Source: Balanoglossus misakiensis
Lineage: Eukaryota; Animalia; Hemichordata
Direction: 5' to 3'
Length of the DNA: 64,000 bases
NCBI GenBank assembly: GCA_040954595.2
Contig: CM082597.2
Location: forward strand, 6,845,849-6,909,848
In this document: positions 51,768-64,000 of the stretch, one piece after another
Layout of the letters: every line of letters starts with the position of its first letter
Position numbering within the stretch: position 1 is the stretch's first letter
Notes under the pieces: generated by a model
The model's input: only the letters and a program-made list of their open reading frames with translations
Databases searched by the model: none
What the model was told of the DNA's origin: nothing
Made by a program: the position numbers and the translations under genes

Positions 51768-54700
51768 TGAAACATGACGGGATGAAACTCCTTATTAATT
51801 ATGCACATATATAATTGTAGGCTAACCGATAGGGCTAGAAGGCTGCTGTTTGTTGGACATGAACTCCTTTGTCACAAAATTGCTCTGGCATAACATTTTG
51901 GGTGCCCTTTGGATGACCTATAATGAGAACACTGCGCAACACAACGCAAATCGAAATTACTGGTATGGGTTCGGCAGTTTCAAACTTCGTGCACACCTAC
52001 ATAAATCCTGTATTGTTTAACGAAGATATTGCGTGGGTGAGAGCTACGGTACCATACCTGTGTTGCCAGGTACAATTTGAAATTTGACCCCTTCTTATCA
52101 GGCTACATTGTTCATGTATCTCGATGCATGATTGAGTGCGTACCAAAAACTTATGTTGACAAGAAGGTGGTGTGGGTTACGCGCAAAGCACCATGGGGGT
52201 TCCAACATGAGCCTGAGCACAGACAAAGAGTGGCCTGAGTAACCCGAAAATAGGTATGAATCACTTCAAAAATCAGTAACTTGTTAGGAGTGGCATTGAG
52301 GTAAACACGCACACCAAACAATTAAAAACTGGCATACCTATCTGAAGGCCATGACCACATTACTGTGAACTGGATAATTCCTCATGCCTCCTTAGTAAGC
52401 CTGAATTTTCTTTCGCGGAATTTCGGAAGATTGGTGGTGTCTAAAAGAGTTTAGCTTTTATATTACAATTTATGATACAGGATGCACCTTAGTAAGCTAA
52501 AATGCCCTCGGTGCGCGCGTAACAGAAAAACAGAGGCAGATGTAGAAAATCTGAGATATTTTGAAGGTTGCTACCACGTCTTGTAAAAGCTCGAAATTAG
52601 CCACAAATCTCTCAGCGCTTTTTGCCAAATTGAGTAAAACTGGATTTTTCGAGTGTCCGCGAAAATGCATGTCACTTGACCACTGTTCACATCATGTGTT
52701 CTAGGCATGATCAGGCTCCCCTAGTATGCCTGGTTCAAATCTTTAATGTATACTTTCGGGGCTTGGGACTTAGTTAATTAATAGTGAATAGAAATGGATA
52801 GACAACTACTATTCCAGAAATTGTTTATTTGTTTGTCGCATTCTTAAATCATGTTTTTAAACAAAGCAACCACATTTGCTAAATTGTCACCACACTAAAT
52901 GAGGCAGTATTATTTTGCACACTGAGAGACCTTTATGCACGCATTGGATTTATTCTTTATATCACAAACACGTCAAAAAGAGCGACTTTGTCACTTCAAT
53001 TGCCGCATTTGTCTTGAACTGATAACCATGGCTTGTAAGTGGAACCCCACGCAGTTAAGCCTTTTATGGCTTCGCGTTAGTTTACACTGCTTTTTAACTT
53101 AGTCGTAATTTCTTTGTGGATGGTCGTATTATGGGCATCACATGGCCACATATCTTAAGTACATGTCTCAAGTACAGAATATCCAACAAAGTTAATTAAC
53201 AGCAACGCATTTAACCAATTTTGCATTCAAGAGTCGCGTCACCATGAGTCATTATTTTCTGTATAGCGAACCCTATAGAATTAAGTTTTAACCTCGAAGT
53301 CAAGCATGTCCAGAAATCTCAATTATCGTCTGTCTAATGTCCCTGTAAATAAATTGTAATATTGGCATTGTTCTTTTACTGATAACCATGGATTGTAAGA
53401 GGAACCCCACGCAGTTAAGCCTTTTATGGCTTCGCGTTAGTTTACACCAATTTTTAACTTGGTCGTAATTTTTTTGTGTGGATGGTCGTATTATGGGCAT
53501 CACATGACCACATGCCTCAGGTACACGATGGCAAATATCCAACTACGAACTCAACGATTTTCGGTCGAGTGTTAGTAAGTGGTCGCATCACGTATGTTAG
53601 ATATAAAGAATATGTCAAATAAATGATGTTTATCTCTTTGACGTATTGTAAAACCGTACTGCAGATAAGAGTGTCTAGATAAGTGTCGTGATAAAGCCAA
53701 ATAATAAATCTTAATTTACCGTTTGGATTTTTACCAGTGCTTTTCATATACCACCACATGTGAATGCTGATATTATGGCTAGAGATTTAATGAAAAATGT
53801 TAATGAAAAAAAATGTCTGAAACGTCATGCTATGTTGGAGTGAACACTGTTTTCTCTCCGTTGTCAGGAATTTAATTACCATGTGTGCCTCACGAGTGTC
53901 TCTAGAAACGTCTACAGCGAAGCCTGCATCACCAGGTTAGTACATCTAAACACTAACAAAACTGACGAGTCACCTATTATTACAACGACGAATTTCAACC
54001 AAAGAAAGACCTACATAGCATTGTATTTTCCTTATCTACAACCATATCCGCACTGACAAACAGATGCTACAGTACATTACATGGGATATGAGGGCTTATC
54101 ACAAGCTATATGAATACTAATATGGACTAAATAATTCTCTTCCAAAAAAGAAAAAAAAAGTTTGGAGACAATGTCTCCATATGCGTTTAACAATTTTTTC
54201 AACAATGTTTAAAATGTTATGATCAATTTTCCCTCTCTATCCCCACAAGAATATTTATGTTTGAAACAATATACATATTACGTTGAACATTTAAATAGTT
54301 TACTTTTAGTTAATGTTCATAATGCTGCCATTTACATTTCTACAGAAGTTGATCGCACGTTCTTGCTGATTGGTAGGAGATGGCAACAGGAAAAGTTCGA
54401 AGATTCCACATCGTTTGTCAACAAACAGTTCGCAATTCAACTGCGAAACTCTGGATATCAAGTAATGTCAACTGTACTTGAAGCAAACGATGAGGAACTC
54501 AAAGATGCCGCAGATAACAAAGTGTCTTTGATAACGCCAACACCAAAACGCCACTCGTACAAAATTAAAAAGGAAGATTACCTGACGTATCCAGACAGAT
54601 ACTACAGAGTATTGAAAAAATATAAAAACGCAGTGTCATATATAGTAGGGCATGTTAATGCAACTGGTTATGACACAGTAGAGGAGGCCTGTATTATCCG

Positions 54701-54792
54701 AGATAGGTACTTCAAAAGAGCGACTCTTGTTGTATTTATTCATTTCATATCAGAAATTACAGGCCAGGGAAGGGAAAACATTATAGGGGAGA
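51763..54792 (+). repeat. Tandem duplication copy 1 (offset 9208 bp to copy 2)
   Basis: Nearly base-identical to 60971-64000; homology begins at the TATG remnants near 51100 and 60931. Confidence 0.95.
53017..53543 (+). repeat. Internal ~170-bp direct repeat pair (about 53017-53187 and 53378-53543), also in copy 2
   Basis: ACTGATAACCATGG..GGAACCCCACGCAGTTAAGCCTTTTATGGCTTCGCG occurs twice. Confidence 0.8.
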
Positions 54793-55613
54793 AAGACATA
54801 CACCAGTTTGCGAAAGAGGCGGCCTTAGTCGTCGCTGTTGGTCCCTCTTTGAAGAAGTACTATTCGAATTTGTTGAAACCTAACAAAATAGTGTGCTACT
54901 TGCCTGTCCCTGATAGACGGTACCTTGATTTACAGGTAACAGCCCCACCAAATGGCGGTACCATTGAGATCCTGACAATGGAAAATCTCTCTGATAAAAA
55001 GCAGTGTGATTCTTCTGACCATACAGCTCGAGCAATCCAGGAAGTGATTCGACGCCATAATAAAATGGATCGTACAGAGCCAATGTGGTTCGTATGTGAT
55101 ACCGGTGAAAACGATACACCTACGTGTGACACCCAAGAAAGGTGTGTCCCCAAACCCAAAATCCATTCTCTTCGCAACTATTCAGATTGTCTTCCATTTA
55201 TTTTTGAACGAAGTGCTCTTCTCATCGATGTCAGCGAAAAAGTGTTTTCCGTGACGGGTCTCAATGCTATTGCTGCTGGTCTACCTGTACTTTTTAAGTT
55301 CAAATCAAGTATTGCCGATTTTGTGAAGACAGAAACCTTTCTGGAAGAACATGGAGGCATTGTGGTAATGGCAACTGTAGAAGATGATGTGAATGCTGTA
55401 AATACGTTGGCAGACAGAATTAACGAGTTTGTCTTGGAAGATAAAGTTGCGACCAGTTTCCAACGTGCAAAATATTTAAAGGAAGGTCTCATAAAATCCA
55501 TTGATGAGGGCAAAATTAAGAAGTCTTACGAAGATATACTCAAATGTTTAAACCGTAAAGCCCGATGTGACAATGGTTTTGTGAACCATTATCACGAGCA
55601 TAAAGATATCTAA
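53881..55613 (+). CDS. Stand-alone GT4-like (GT-B fold, GT4-conflict/MshA-like) protein, probably catalytically degenerate; exons 53881-53935 and 54346-55613, about 440 aa
   Basis: Motifs NKQFAIQL, YIVGH, VFIH, ALVVAVGPSL and GLNAIAAGLPVL resemble animal MshA-like GT4 domains. The phase-1 donor CCAG|GTTAGT matches the acceptor TTTCTACAG|AA. Confidence 0.75.
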
Positions 55614-56914
55614 ACGTACACTTATTTACGTGAACATTACTACAACAAATATTGAAAATATGTTGTAACAGCTTGTATTTGGACAAATATGTACAATTAA
55701 TAACAGTTTTGTCGTCAGCACACTAAACGTATGAAATGAGAATATATTTCTCCACACTTCATTTCAAGTCAAAGTCACCAGAAGTAACCTTTTCTTAAAA
55801 AAAGACACTCACAGTCTGCCTGTAGTTTGATCGCTGTGCCACCCACTAGCTAAATAGAACAATAACCAAGATACTGGCAATGTCCATTTCAATTTAGGAC
55901 TTTACAAGATGACCTCTTTATCGTAGATTTGTTTGAAATTTTTACTAACATTGTCAGCCTGAGATTAATTATATTATGCCCATTTTACTCACGTGTGTTG
56001 TAATTTTTGGGAATTCATGCTTCACATATTGTACTGTTTTGCCTATGACAATAAAAGAAAAACGGATAATAATACTTTGAACACAGTCACAAGGTGTTTT
56101 CTTCATATAAGTGTGTGATGGTTTGTGTGAACATATATATTTGATCAAATACCAAAGACTCAATACAGGTAATAGTCTCTTACTGTCCGCTTTCTAGAAC
56201 AATGTGTCTACCATTGCAGCATATAAGTAAACAAAGATTGTGCGAACGTTAAGTATTTCTGTGACAGTGGCTTTCCCAAAACGCCTAGAATTTATCTATG
56301 TAGTACGTTGCTCGTTGAAATCACGTTGGAGTATGCCGATAGCAAAGTTCCGAACATAACAACAAAATTTGAGTAATTATATAACAGAAAAAATAGAAAA
56401 TATCAAAAAATAAAGCCGGTAACCGTTTAATTGTTTGTAATACAACGTTTAAAAGCCTGCATTTCACAGTCTGTCAGTATTTTCCAACAAGGTTGAATTT
56501 TCTCATTGAGTTAAGCGGCAGATTTCTCCAGCTGACCCTTTACAACCGTGACGTCATTTGTTTCCATTACTCAGGATGTAGTCATTGCATGGTTCATAGC
56601 CAACACGTACAAACATAGTATAGTACAGCAAATAAGGAAACATGTCCAACGTATTTTGGTCTCTACAAATTTGAACAGTCACGCCGTGTCGTACCAGGTT
56701 AGTTGACCACTAAAGATCGTAAGGTAATTCGAACGAGGGGTGGGGTAGGGGTGGGGGTGGTGTGGGTTTTGTGTGCATTTGATTTGAATGTGTGCTTGAT
56801 ATATGCTATTGGGAAGTTCTTACAAAAATCAATCTATCCATAGTTTTCTTTGTTTGAAAACAACGAATTAACAAGTTGAAATTTAGAGAAAGTGTTGATC
56901 TCATTTAATTTTAA

Positions 56915-57030
56915 AGGGACAAAGTCTCTCTCTCGCTGCACTTTTTCCATTAATTATGTTTGATGCAAGGCAATGTTAATGTTAACACATGTATGAACGT
57001 TCAATCACACACAACTTCCTTCCCACTTGT
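56915..57030 (+). mobile_element. Partial AGGGACAAAGT-family MITE
   Basis: TTAA|AGGGACAAAGTCTCTCTCTCGC. Confidence 0.7.
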
Positions 57031-57234
57031 ATACAACCAAAGTTTAACATGTGTGTAGCTGTCACGCAGCATGTATGTAACAGCCATGCAGAACAGCAAT
57101 GTGAGTAGAAAGTAGCCGCAGTAATGTAGCATGGCAGTTGCAACTGACACGTAGCATGTCTGTAGCAGCTATGCTACATTAATGTTCTACATGCCTGTAG
57201 CATGTCTGTAGCAGCCATGCTACACTATTAGTCC

Positions 57235-59953
57235 AGGAGATAGGTGCCGTTAATCAGAATTTTGGGTAAGGAAGGTTTGAGAAGTCCATTCTATGTAAAA
57301 AATGGTGCTGATTCCAAAAAAGTCAGTCTTATTGACCCCACTCAAGACAAAATTGCCATGTTGGCCATTTTTAACCCAAAAAAGGTCATTTTTAGAAAAC
57401 ACACTGTTTTCGTCACACTCTGAGATTTGATGACATATGATATGTTTATTCTATGTAAAATTTGGTGAATAATACGAAAAAAGCAGTCAGATTGACCCAA
57501 AACAACACAAAATTGTCTTTTTGACCATTTTTTGCCCAAAAAACGTCATTCTTAGAAAAAAATTAAAACACATGGTTTTCTTCATAATGATTTATCTGGT
57601 GATATATGGAAAGTCAATTCTATGTTAAAAGTGGTGACTTAAAAAGTAAAGCAGTTTTTTTGACCTCAATCAATACAAAAATGCCATTTTTGGCCATTTT
57701 TTGAGGTCAAAAAGGGTCATTTTTACAAAAAAAAAACTAAAAAAAATTGTTTTCTTCATATTCAGAGATCATTTGATATGAAATGTTCATTCTAGGTAAA
57801 AAATTGTGCTGATTCCAGACATAGCAGTCTTATTGACCCTACTCAAGAAAAAAATGCCATTTTTGCCACTTTTTGCCCAAAAACGTCATTTTTAGAAAAA
57901 CACTCAAAACTTATATATTTTCTTCACTTTCGGAGAACTGATAATGTATTACATGCTCACCCTATGTGAAATTTGGTGATTATTCCCCCCCAAAAAATTT
58001 ATTGAACAAACCTAATGCAAAAATGCCTTTTTGGAAATTTTTTGCCCAAAAAGGCCATTTTTAGAAAAAAATTAAAAACAAACTTTTCTTCATAAAGTTC
58101 AGAGATCATGTCATATATGAAATTTTCATTCTATGTAAAAAATGGTGCTGATTCCAGAAATAGCAGTCTTATTGACCCTACTCAATAATAAAAATGCCAT
58201 TTTGCCACTTTTTGCCCAAAAACGTCATTTTTAGAAAACACTCAAAATTTATATATTTTCTTCACTTTCGGAGATATGATAATGTATTATATGCCCACCA
58301 TATGTAAAATTTGGTGAATATTCCAAAAAAGCAGATTTATTGACACAACATAATGCAAAAATTCCTTTTTTGGAAGTTTTTGCGCAAAAAGGCCATTTTT
58401 AGAAAAAAATAAAAAGTTCAGTTTTGGGCTAAATGTGCCAAATTTTGGCAACTCTGTCTTTCAACATCATCAATTCAATTTATATTATATGGTTATGACG
58501 TTTTAAATATACATATACAACATCAGAACTCAAAAGGCAAAAACATCAATTTTCTGAAAATGACTATTGTTGACCAAAAGATGGCTAATTGGCAATTTTG
58601 TACTGAGTGGGGTGTCTCAATAAGACCGTTGTGCTGGTATCAGCATATTTTTTGAAAAAAACAGGAAGTTCCATAATCACAAGAGCTCTGAATATGAAGA
58701 AATAAGTTTGTTTTCATTTTTTCTCACAGTTACCTTTTTGAGCAAAGAGGCCAAAATGGTACTTTTTCCCTCTGTGGGGTCAGTAAGAGTGGGGGTTTTA
58801 AATGTCACTACTTTCAAGATAGAATAGACTTTTATTTATCATTAGATCACCAATGGGAAGAAAATGGCATATTTTTAGTATTTTCTAGAAATGACACTTT
58901 TTGGGCAAAAACTTGTCAAAAAGGCGCTTTTATCTTGAGTGGCATCAATAAAACTGCTTTTTTGGAAATTTGTCACATAGAGTGGGCATATAATAGATTA
59001 TCAGATCTCCGAAAGTAAAGAAAATATGTAAGCTTTGGGTGTTTTCTAGAAATGACGTTTTGGGCAAAAAGAGTCAAAATGGCAATTTTGTCTTGAGAAA
59101 GGTCAATAAGACTGCTATTTCTGGAATCAGCACCATTTTTTACATAAAATGAACATTTCATATATCACATGATCTTTGAACTTTATGAAGAAAAGTTTGT
59201 TTTTAATTTTTTTCTAAAAATGGCCTTTTTGGGCAAAACATTTCCAAAAAGGCATTTTTGCATTAGGTTGGTTCAATAAATCTTTTTGTTTGGAATAATC
59301 ACCAAATTTTACATAGGGTGGGCATATAATACATTATCAGATCTCCGAAAGTGAAGAAAATATATAAGTTTTGAGTGTTTTTTGGGCAAAAAGTGGCAAA
59401 AATGGCATTTTTTCTTGAGTAGGGTCAATAAGACTGCTATCAAATGACAATTTGTTTTTAGTTTTTTTGTAAAAATGACCCTTTTTGACCTCAAAAAGTG
59501 GCCAAAAATGGCATTTTTGTATTGATTGAGGTAAAAAAACTGCTTTACTTTTTAAAGTCACCACTTTTAACATAGAATTGACTTTCCATATATCACCAGA
59601 TAAATCATTATGAAGAAAACCATGTGTTTTATTTTTTTCTAAAAATGACGTTTTTGGGGCAAAAAATTGTCAAAAAGGCAATTTTGTGTTGTTTTGGGTC
59701 AATCTGACTGCTTTTTTCGTATTATTCACTAAATTTTACATAGAATAAACATATCTCAGAGTGTAACGAAAACAGTGTGTTTTTAGTGTTTTCTAAAAAT
59801 GACCTTTTGTGGGTTAAAAATGGCCAAAATGGCAATTTTGTCTTGAGTGGGGTCAATAAGACTGACTTTTTTGGAATCAGCACCATTTTTTACATAGAAT
59901 GGACTTCTCAAACCTTCCTTACCAAATATTCTGATTAACGGCACCTATCTCCT
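57235..59953. mobile_element. 2.7-kb foldback element with >1 kb modular inverted arms
   Basis: AGGAGATAGGTGCCGTTAATCAGAAT at 57235 pairs with ATTCTGATTAACGGCACCTATCTCCT ending at 59953. The arms are built of ~170-bp subunits; no credible coding sequence. Confidence 0.9.
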
Positions 59954-60338
59954 AGGGTAAAACATCTGCACGTGTTTACTTTTCATACACGATACAGTAC
60001 TTCAAACTATTTTTCCCAGTTTACTTTTGAATACGGACGTTTTCGAACTCGTACTGGCCAAGCTTCCTTTTTTAAATTTCGTTGTCTCAAGCATTCACTG
60101 CTGTCGGACGGGTAGCGTAGGTCCCCCCTGCGGCGATTCAATTGGCTCTGATCGCGAGTTGAATCTCTGTTGGGTCAGCTGGACGCTGTTGATTATTTAC
60201 TTCGACGGCCTCAGTTTGCATCATGATTTGCAGACTGTTGTTGTTATATGATTATAATTTCTTATTATTAGAACGGAACTCTTGATATTATGATGACTTG
60301 CATGCGATAAATTTACTACCAATTATTGGCGCAAAAGT

Positions 60339-60930
60339 GTGAGTAGAATTACAACATTGGTAAATTGGATATTAAGAACGTATTCTTCTTTTAAACACGA
60401 ATGTGTTACTGCACCTTATGTGTTATTGAACTGCCAGTATAAATATCGCTCAGTGACTGCGAGATTGCGTAATGGAACATTACCTCTTAATTTGGATGTC
60501 GAAGAGAGAAAATGTTTATTTTGTAACGAGAACACTGTGGAAGACGAGCTTCACTTCATCTTTAATTGTAGTCTTTATGATGACATTAGAAAACAATTTC
60601 CAGACACTCCAAAAGACGTGCCGCCTCGCGAGAGATTGCTGACTTTGTTTTCTGATAATCATGTTAAGGTATTCTCTAAATTGCTTTATGATATGTTTAT
60701 AAGGAGAAGAAATATTATTTCCATTGATTGAATTTTTTTTTTTTGTAAACTTCTTTGTTGACACCCGCATCGTGGTGCCCAGTTGGGTATGCTATAGTGA
60801 CTCATAAGCCGAAGTACTCGGCTTGAGTTTCAAGCAAGTTTGAATTGTGTAACTTTCTTTTACTTTGTAACATGAAACTGTGTCACTTTAATAAATTATT
60901 ATCTATTTATGAATGTAAAAATAAAAAAAA
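60339..60930 (+). mobile_element. LINE 3' fragment (RTEX/CR1-like C-terminal CCHC region plus 3' UTR)
   Basis: RSVTARLRNGTLPL..ERKCLFC..VEDELHFIFNCSLYDDIR, followed by AATAAA and (TGTA)n. Confidence 0.7.
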
Positions 60931-60970
60931 TGTATGTATGTATGTATGAACTCCCCCACTAACTTTAAGT

Positions 60971-63900
60971 AAACTTGGAACATGACGGGATGGAACTCCT
61001 CATTAATTATGCACATATATAATTGTAGGCTAACCGATAGGGCTAGAAGGCTGCTGTTTGTTGGACATGAACTCCTTTGTCACAAAATTGCTCCGGCATA
61101 ACATTTTGGGTGCCCTTTGGATGACCTTTAATGAGAACACTGCGCAACACAACGCAAATCGAAATTACTGGTATGGGTTCGGCAGTTTCAAACTTCGTGC
61201 ACACCTACATAAATCCTGTATTGTTTAACGAAGATATTGCGTGGGTGAGAGCTACGGTACCATACCTGTGTTGCCAGGTACAATTTGAAATTTGACCCCT
61301 TCTTATCAGGCTACATTGTTCATGTATCTCGATGCATGATTGAGTGCGTACCAAAAACTTATGTTGACAAGAAGGTGGTGTGGGTTACGCGCAAAGCACC
61401 ATGGGGGTTCCAACATGAGCCTGAGCACAGACAAAGAGTGGCCTGAGTAACCCGAAAATAGGTATGAATCACTTCAAAAATCAGTAACTTGTTAGGAGTG
61501 GCATTGAGGTAAACACGCACACCAAACAATTAAAAACTGGCATACCTATCTGAAGGCCATGACCACATTACTGTGAACTGGATAATTCCTCATGCCTCCT
61601 TAGTAAGCCTGAATTTTCTTTCGCGGAATTTCGGAAGATTGGTGGTGTCTAAAAGAGTTTAGCTTTTATATTACAATTTATGATACAGGATGCACCTTAG
61701 TAAGCTAAAATGCCCTCGGTGCGCGCGTAACAGAAAAACAGAGGCAGATGTAGAAAATCTGAGATATTTTGAAGGTTGCTACCACGTCTTGTAAAAGCTC
61801 GAAATTAGCCACAAATCTCTCAGCGCTTTTTGCCAAATTGAGTAAAACTGGATTTTTCGAGTGTCCGCGAAAATGCATGTCACTTGACCACTGTTCACAT
61901 CATGTGTTCTAGGCATGATCAGGCTCCCCTAGTATGCCTGGTTCAAATCTTTAATGTATACTTTCGGGGCTTGGGACTTAGTTAATTAATAGTGAATAGA
62001 AATGGATAGACAACTACTATTCCAGAAATTGTTTATTTGTTTGTCGCATTCTTAAATCATGTTTTTAAACAAAGCAACCACATTTGCTAAATTGTCACCA
62101 CACTAAATGAGGCAGTATTATTTTGCACACTGAGAGACCTTTATGCACGCATTGGATTTATTCTTTATATCACAAACACGTCAAAAAGAGCGACTTTGTC
62201 ACTTCAATTGCCGCATTTGTCTTGAACTGATAACCATGGCTTGTAAGTGGAACCCCACGCAGTTAAGCCTTTTATGGCTTCGCGTTAGTTTACACTGCTT
62301 TTTAACTTAGTCGTAATTTCTTTGTGGATGGTCGTATTATGGGCATCACATGGCCACATATCTTAAGTACATGTCTCAAGTACAGAATATCCAACAAAGT
62401 TAATTAACAGCAACGCATTTAACCAATTTTGCATTCAAGAGTCGCGTCACCATGAGTCATTATTTTCTGTATAGCGAACCCTATAGAATTAAGTTTTAAC
62501 CTCGAAGTCAAGCATGTCCAGAAATCTCAATTATCGTCTGTCTAATGTCCCTGTAAATAAATTGTAATATTGGCATTGTTCTTTTACTGATAACCATGGA
62601 TTGTAAGAGGAACCCCACGCAGTTAAGCCTTTTATGGCTTCGCGTTAGTTTACACCAATTTTTAACTTGGTCGTAATTTTTTTTTGTGGATGGTCGTATT
62701 ATGGGCATCACATGACCACATGCCTCAGGTACACGATGGCAAATATCCAACTACGAACTCAACGATTTTCGGTCGAGTGTTAGTAAGTGGTCGCATCACG
62801 TATGTTAGATATAAAGAATATGTCAAATAAATGATGTTTATCTCTTTGACGTATTGTAAAACCGTACTGCAGATAAGAGTGTCTAGATAAGTGTCGTGAT
62901 AAAGCCAAATAATAAATCTTAATTTACCGTTTGGATTTTTACCAGTGCTTTTCATATACCACCACATGTGAATGCTGATATTATGGCTAGAGATTTAATG
63001 AAAAATGTTAATGAAAAAAAATGTCTGAAACGTCATGCTATGTTGGAGTGAACACTGTTTTCTCTCCGTTGTCAGGAATTTAATTACCATGTGTGCCTCA
63101 CGAGTGTCTCTAGAAACGTCTACAGCGAAGCCTGCATCACCAGGTTAGTACATCTAAACACTAACAAAACTGACGAGTCACCTATTATTACAACGACGAA
63201 TTTCAACCAAAGAAAGACCTACATAGCATTGTATTTTCCTTATCTACAACCATATCCGCACTGACAAACAGATGCTACAGTACATTACATGGGATATGAG
63301 GGCTTATCACAAGCTATATGAATACTAATATGGACTAAATAATTCTCTTCCAAAAAAGAAAAAAAAAGTTTGGAGACAATGTCTCCATATGCGTTTAACA
63401 ATTTTTTCAACAATGTTTAAAATGTTATGATCAATTTTCCCTCTCTATCCCCACAAGAATATTTATGTTTGAAACAATATACATATTACGTTGAACATTT
63501 AAATAGTTTACTTTTAGTTAATGTTCATAATGCTGCCATTTACATTTCTACAGAAGTTGATCGCACGTTCTTGCTGATTGGTAGGAGATGGCAACAGGAA
63601 AAGTTCGAAGATTCCACATCGTTTGTCAACAAACAGTTCGCAATTCAACTGCGAAACTCTGGATATCAAGTAATGTCAACTGTACTTGAAGCAAACGATG
63701 AGGAACTCAAAGATGCCGCAGATAACAAAGTGTCTTTGATAACGCCAACACCAAAACGCCACTCGTACAAAATTAAAAAGGAAGATTACCTGACGTATCC
63801 AGACAGATACTACAGAGTATTGAAAAAATATAAAAACGCAGTGTCATATATAGTAGGGCATGTTAATGCAACTGGTTATGACACAGTAGAGGAGGCCTGT

Positions 63901-64000
63901 ATTATCCGAGATAGGTACTTCAAAAGAGCGACTCTTGTTGTATTTATTCATTTCATATCAGAAATTACAGGCCAGGGAAGGGAAAACATTATAGGGGAGA
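60971..64000 (+). repeat. Tandem duplication copy 2 (runs off the window end)
   Basis: Matches 51763-54792. Confidence 0.95.
63089..64000 (+). CDS. Second copy of the GT4-like gene (exons 63089-63143 and 63554 to beyond 64000), partial
   Basis: Appears identical to 53881-54792 over the visible part. Confidence 0.75.

Noticed and set aside
53300-53759. 80-aa minus-strand ORFs conserved in both duplicate copies
   Set aside because: Identity only reflects the near-perfect duplication; no motifs.
54219-54345. ATG at 54219 as the start of the 464-aa ORF
   Set aside because: The first 42 codons are AT-rich and end in a canonical acceptor; a phase-matched ATG exon exists at 53881-53935.
57235-59953. 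Regularly spaced repeats resembling a CRISPR array
   Set aside because: The intervening sequences are themselves homologous, the structure is a palindrome, the context is eukaryotic and there are no cas genes.

Overview
Eukaryotic, intron-rich, AT-rich animal DNA. The gene families and repeats suggest a marine invertebrate deuterostome such as a hemichordate or amphioxus (inference). Main contents: (1) a minus-strand secreted signal peptide/EGF/kringle gene model whose ~16 kb putative intron holds a tRNA-Lys, two tandem single-exon TRIM-NHL genes (one intact, one with a 1-bp RING frameshift) and a TRIM-filamin pseudogene whose NHL domain is replaced by a polyproline tail; (2) a 10-exon ERG-type (KCNH2/6/7-like) K+ channel that appears to lack the PAS domain and carries T/A at the hERG S620/S631 positions; (3) a ~9.2 kb near-identical tandem duplication carrying a stand-alone GT4-like (GT4-conflict/MshA-like) glycosyltransferase-fold gene with a degenerate catalytic motif; (4) many non-autonomous transposons (TAG..CTA elements with 9-bp TSDs, TTAA/Kolobok-like MITEs, TAA/TTA Harbinger-like MITEs, a 2.7 kb foldback) and three LINE fragments. 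All calls come from manual reading and remembered family motifs; no searches were run.
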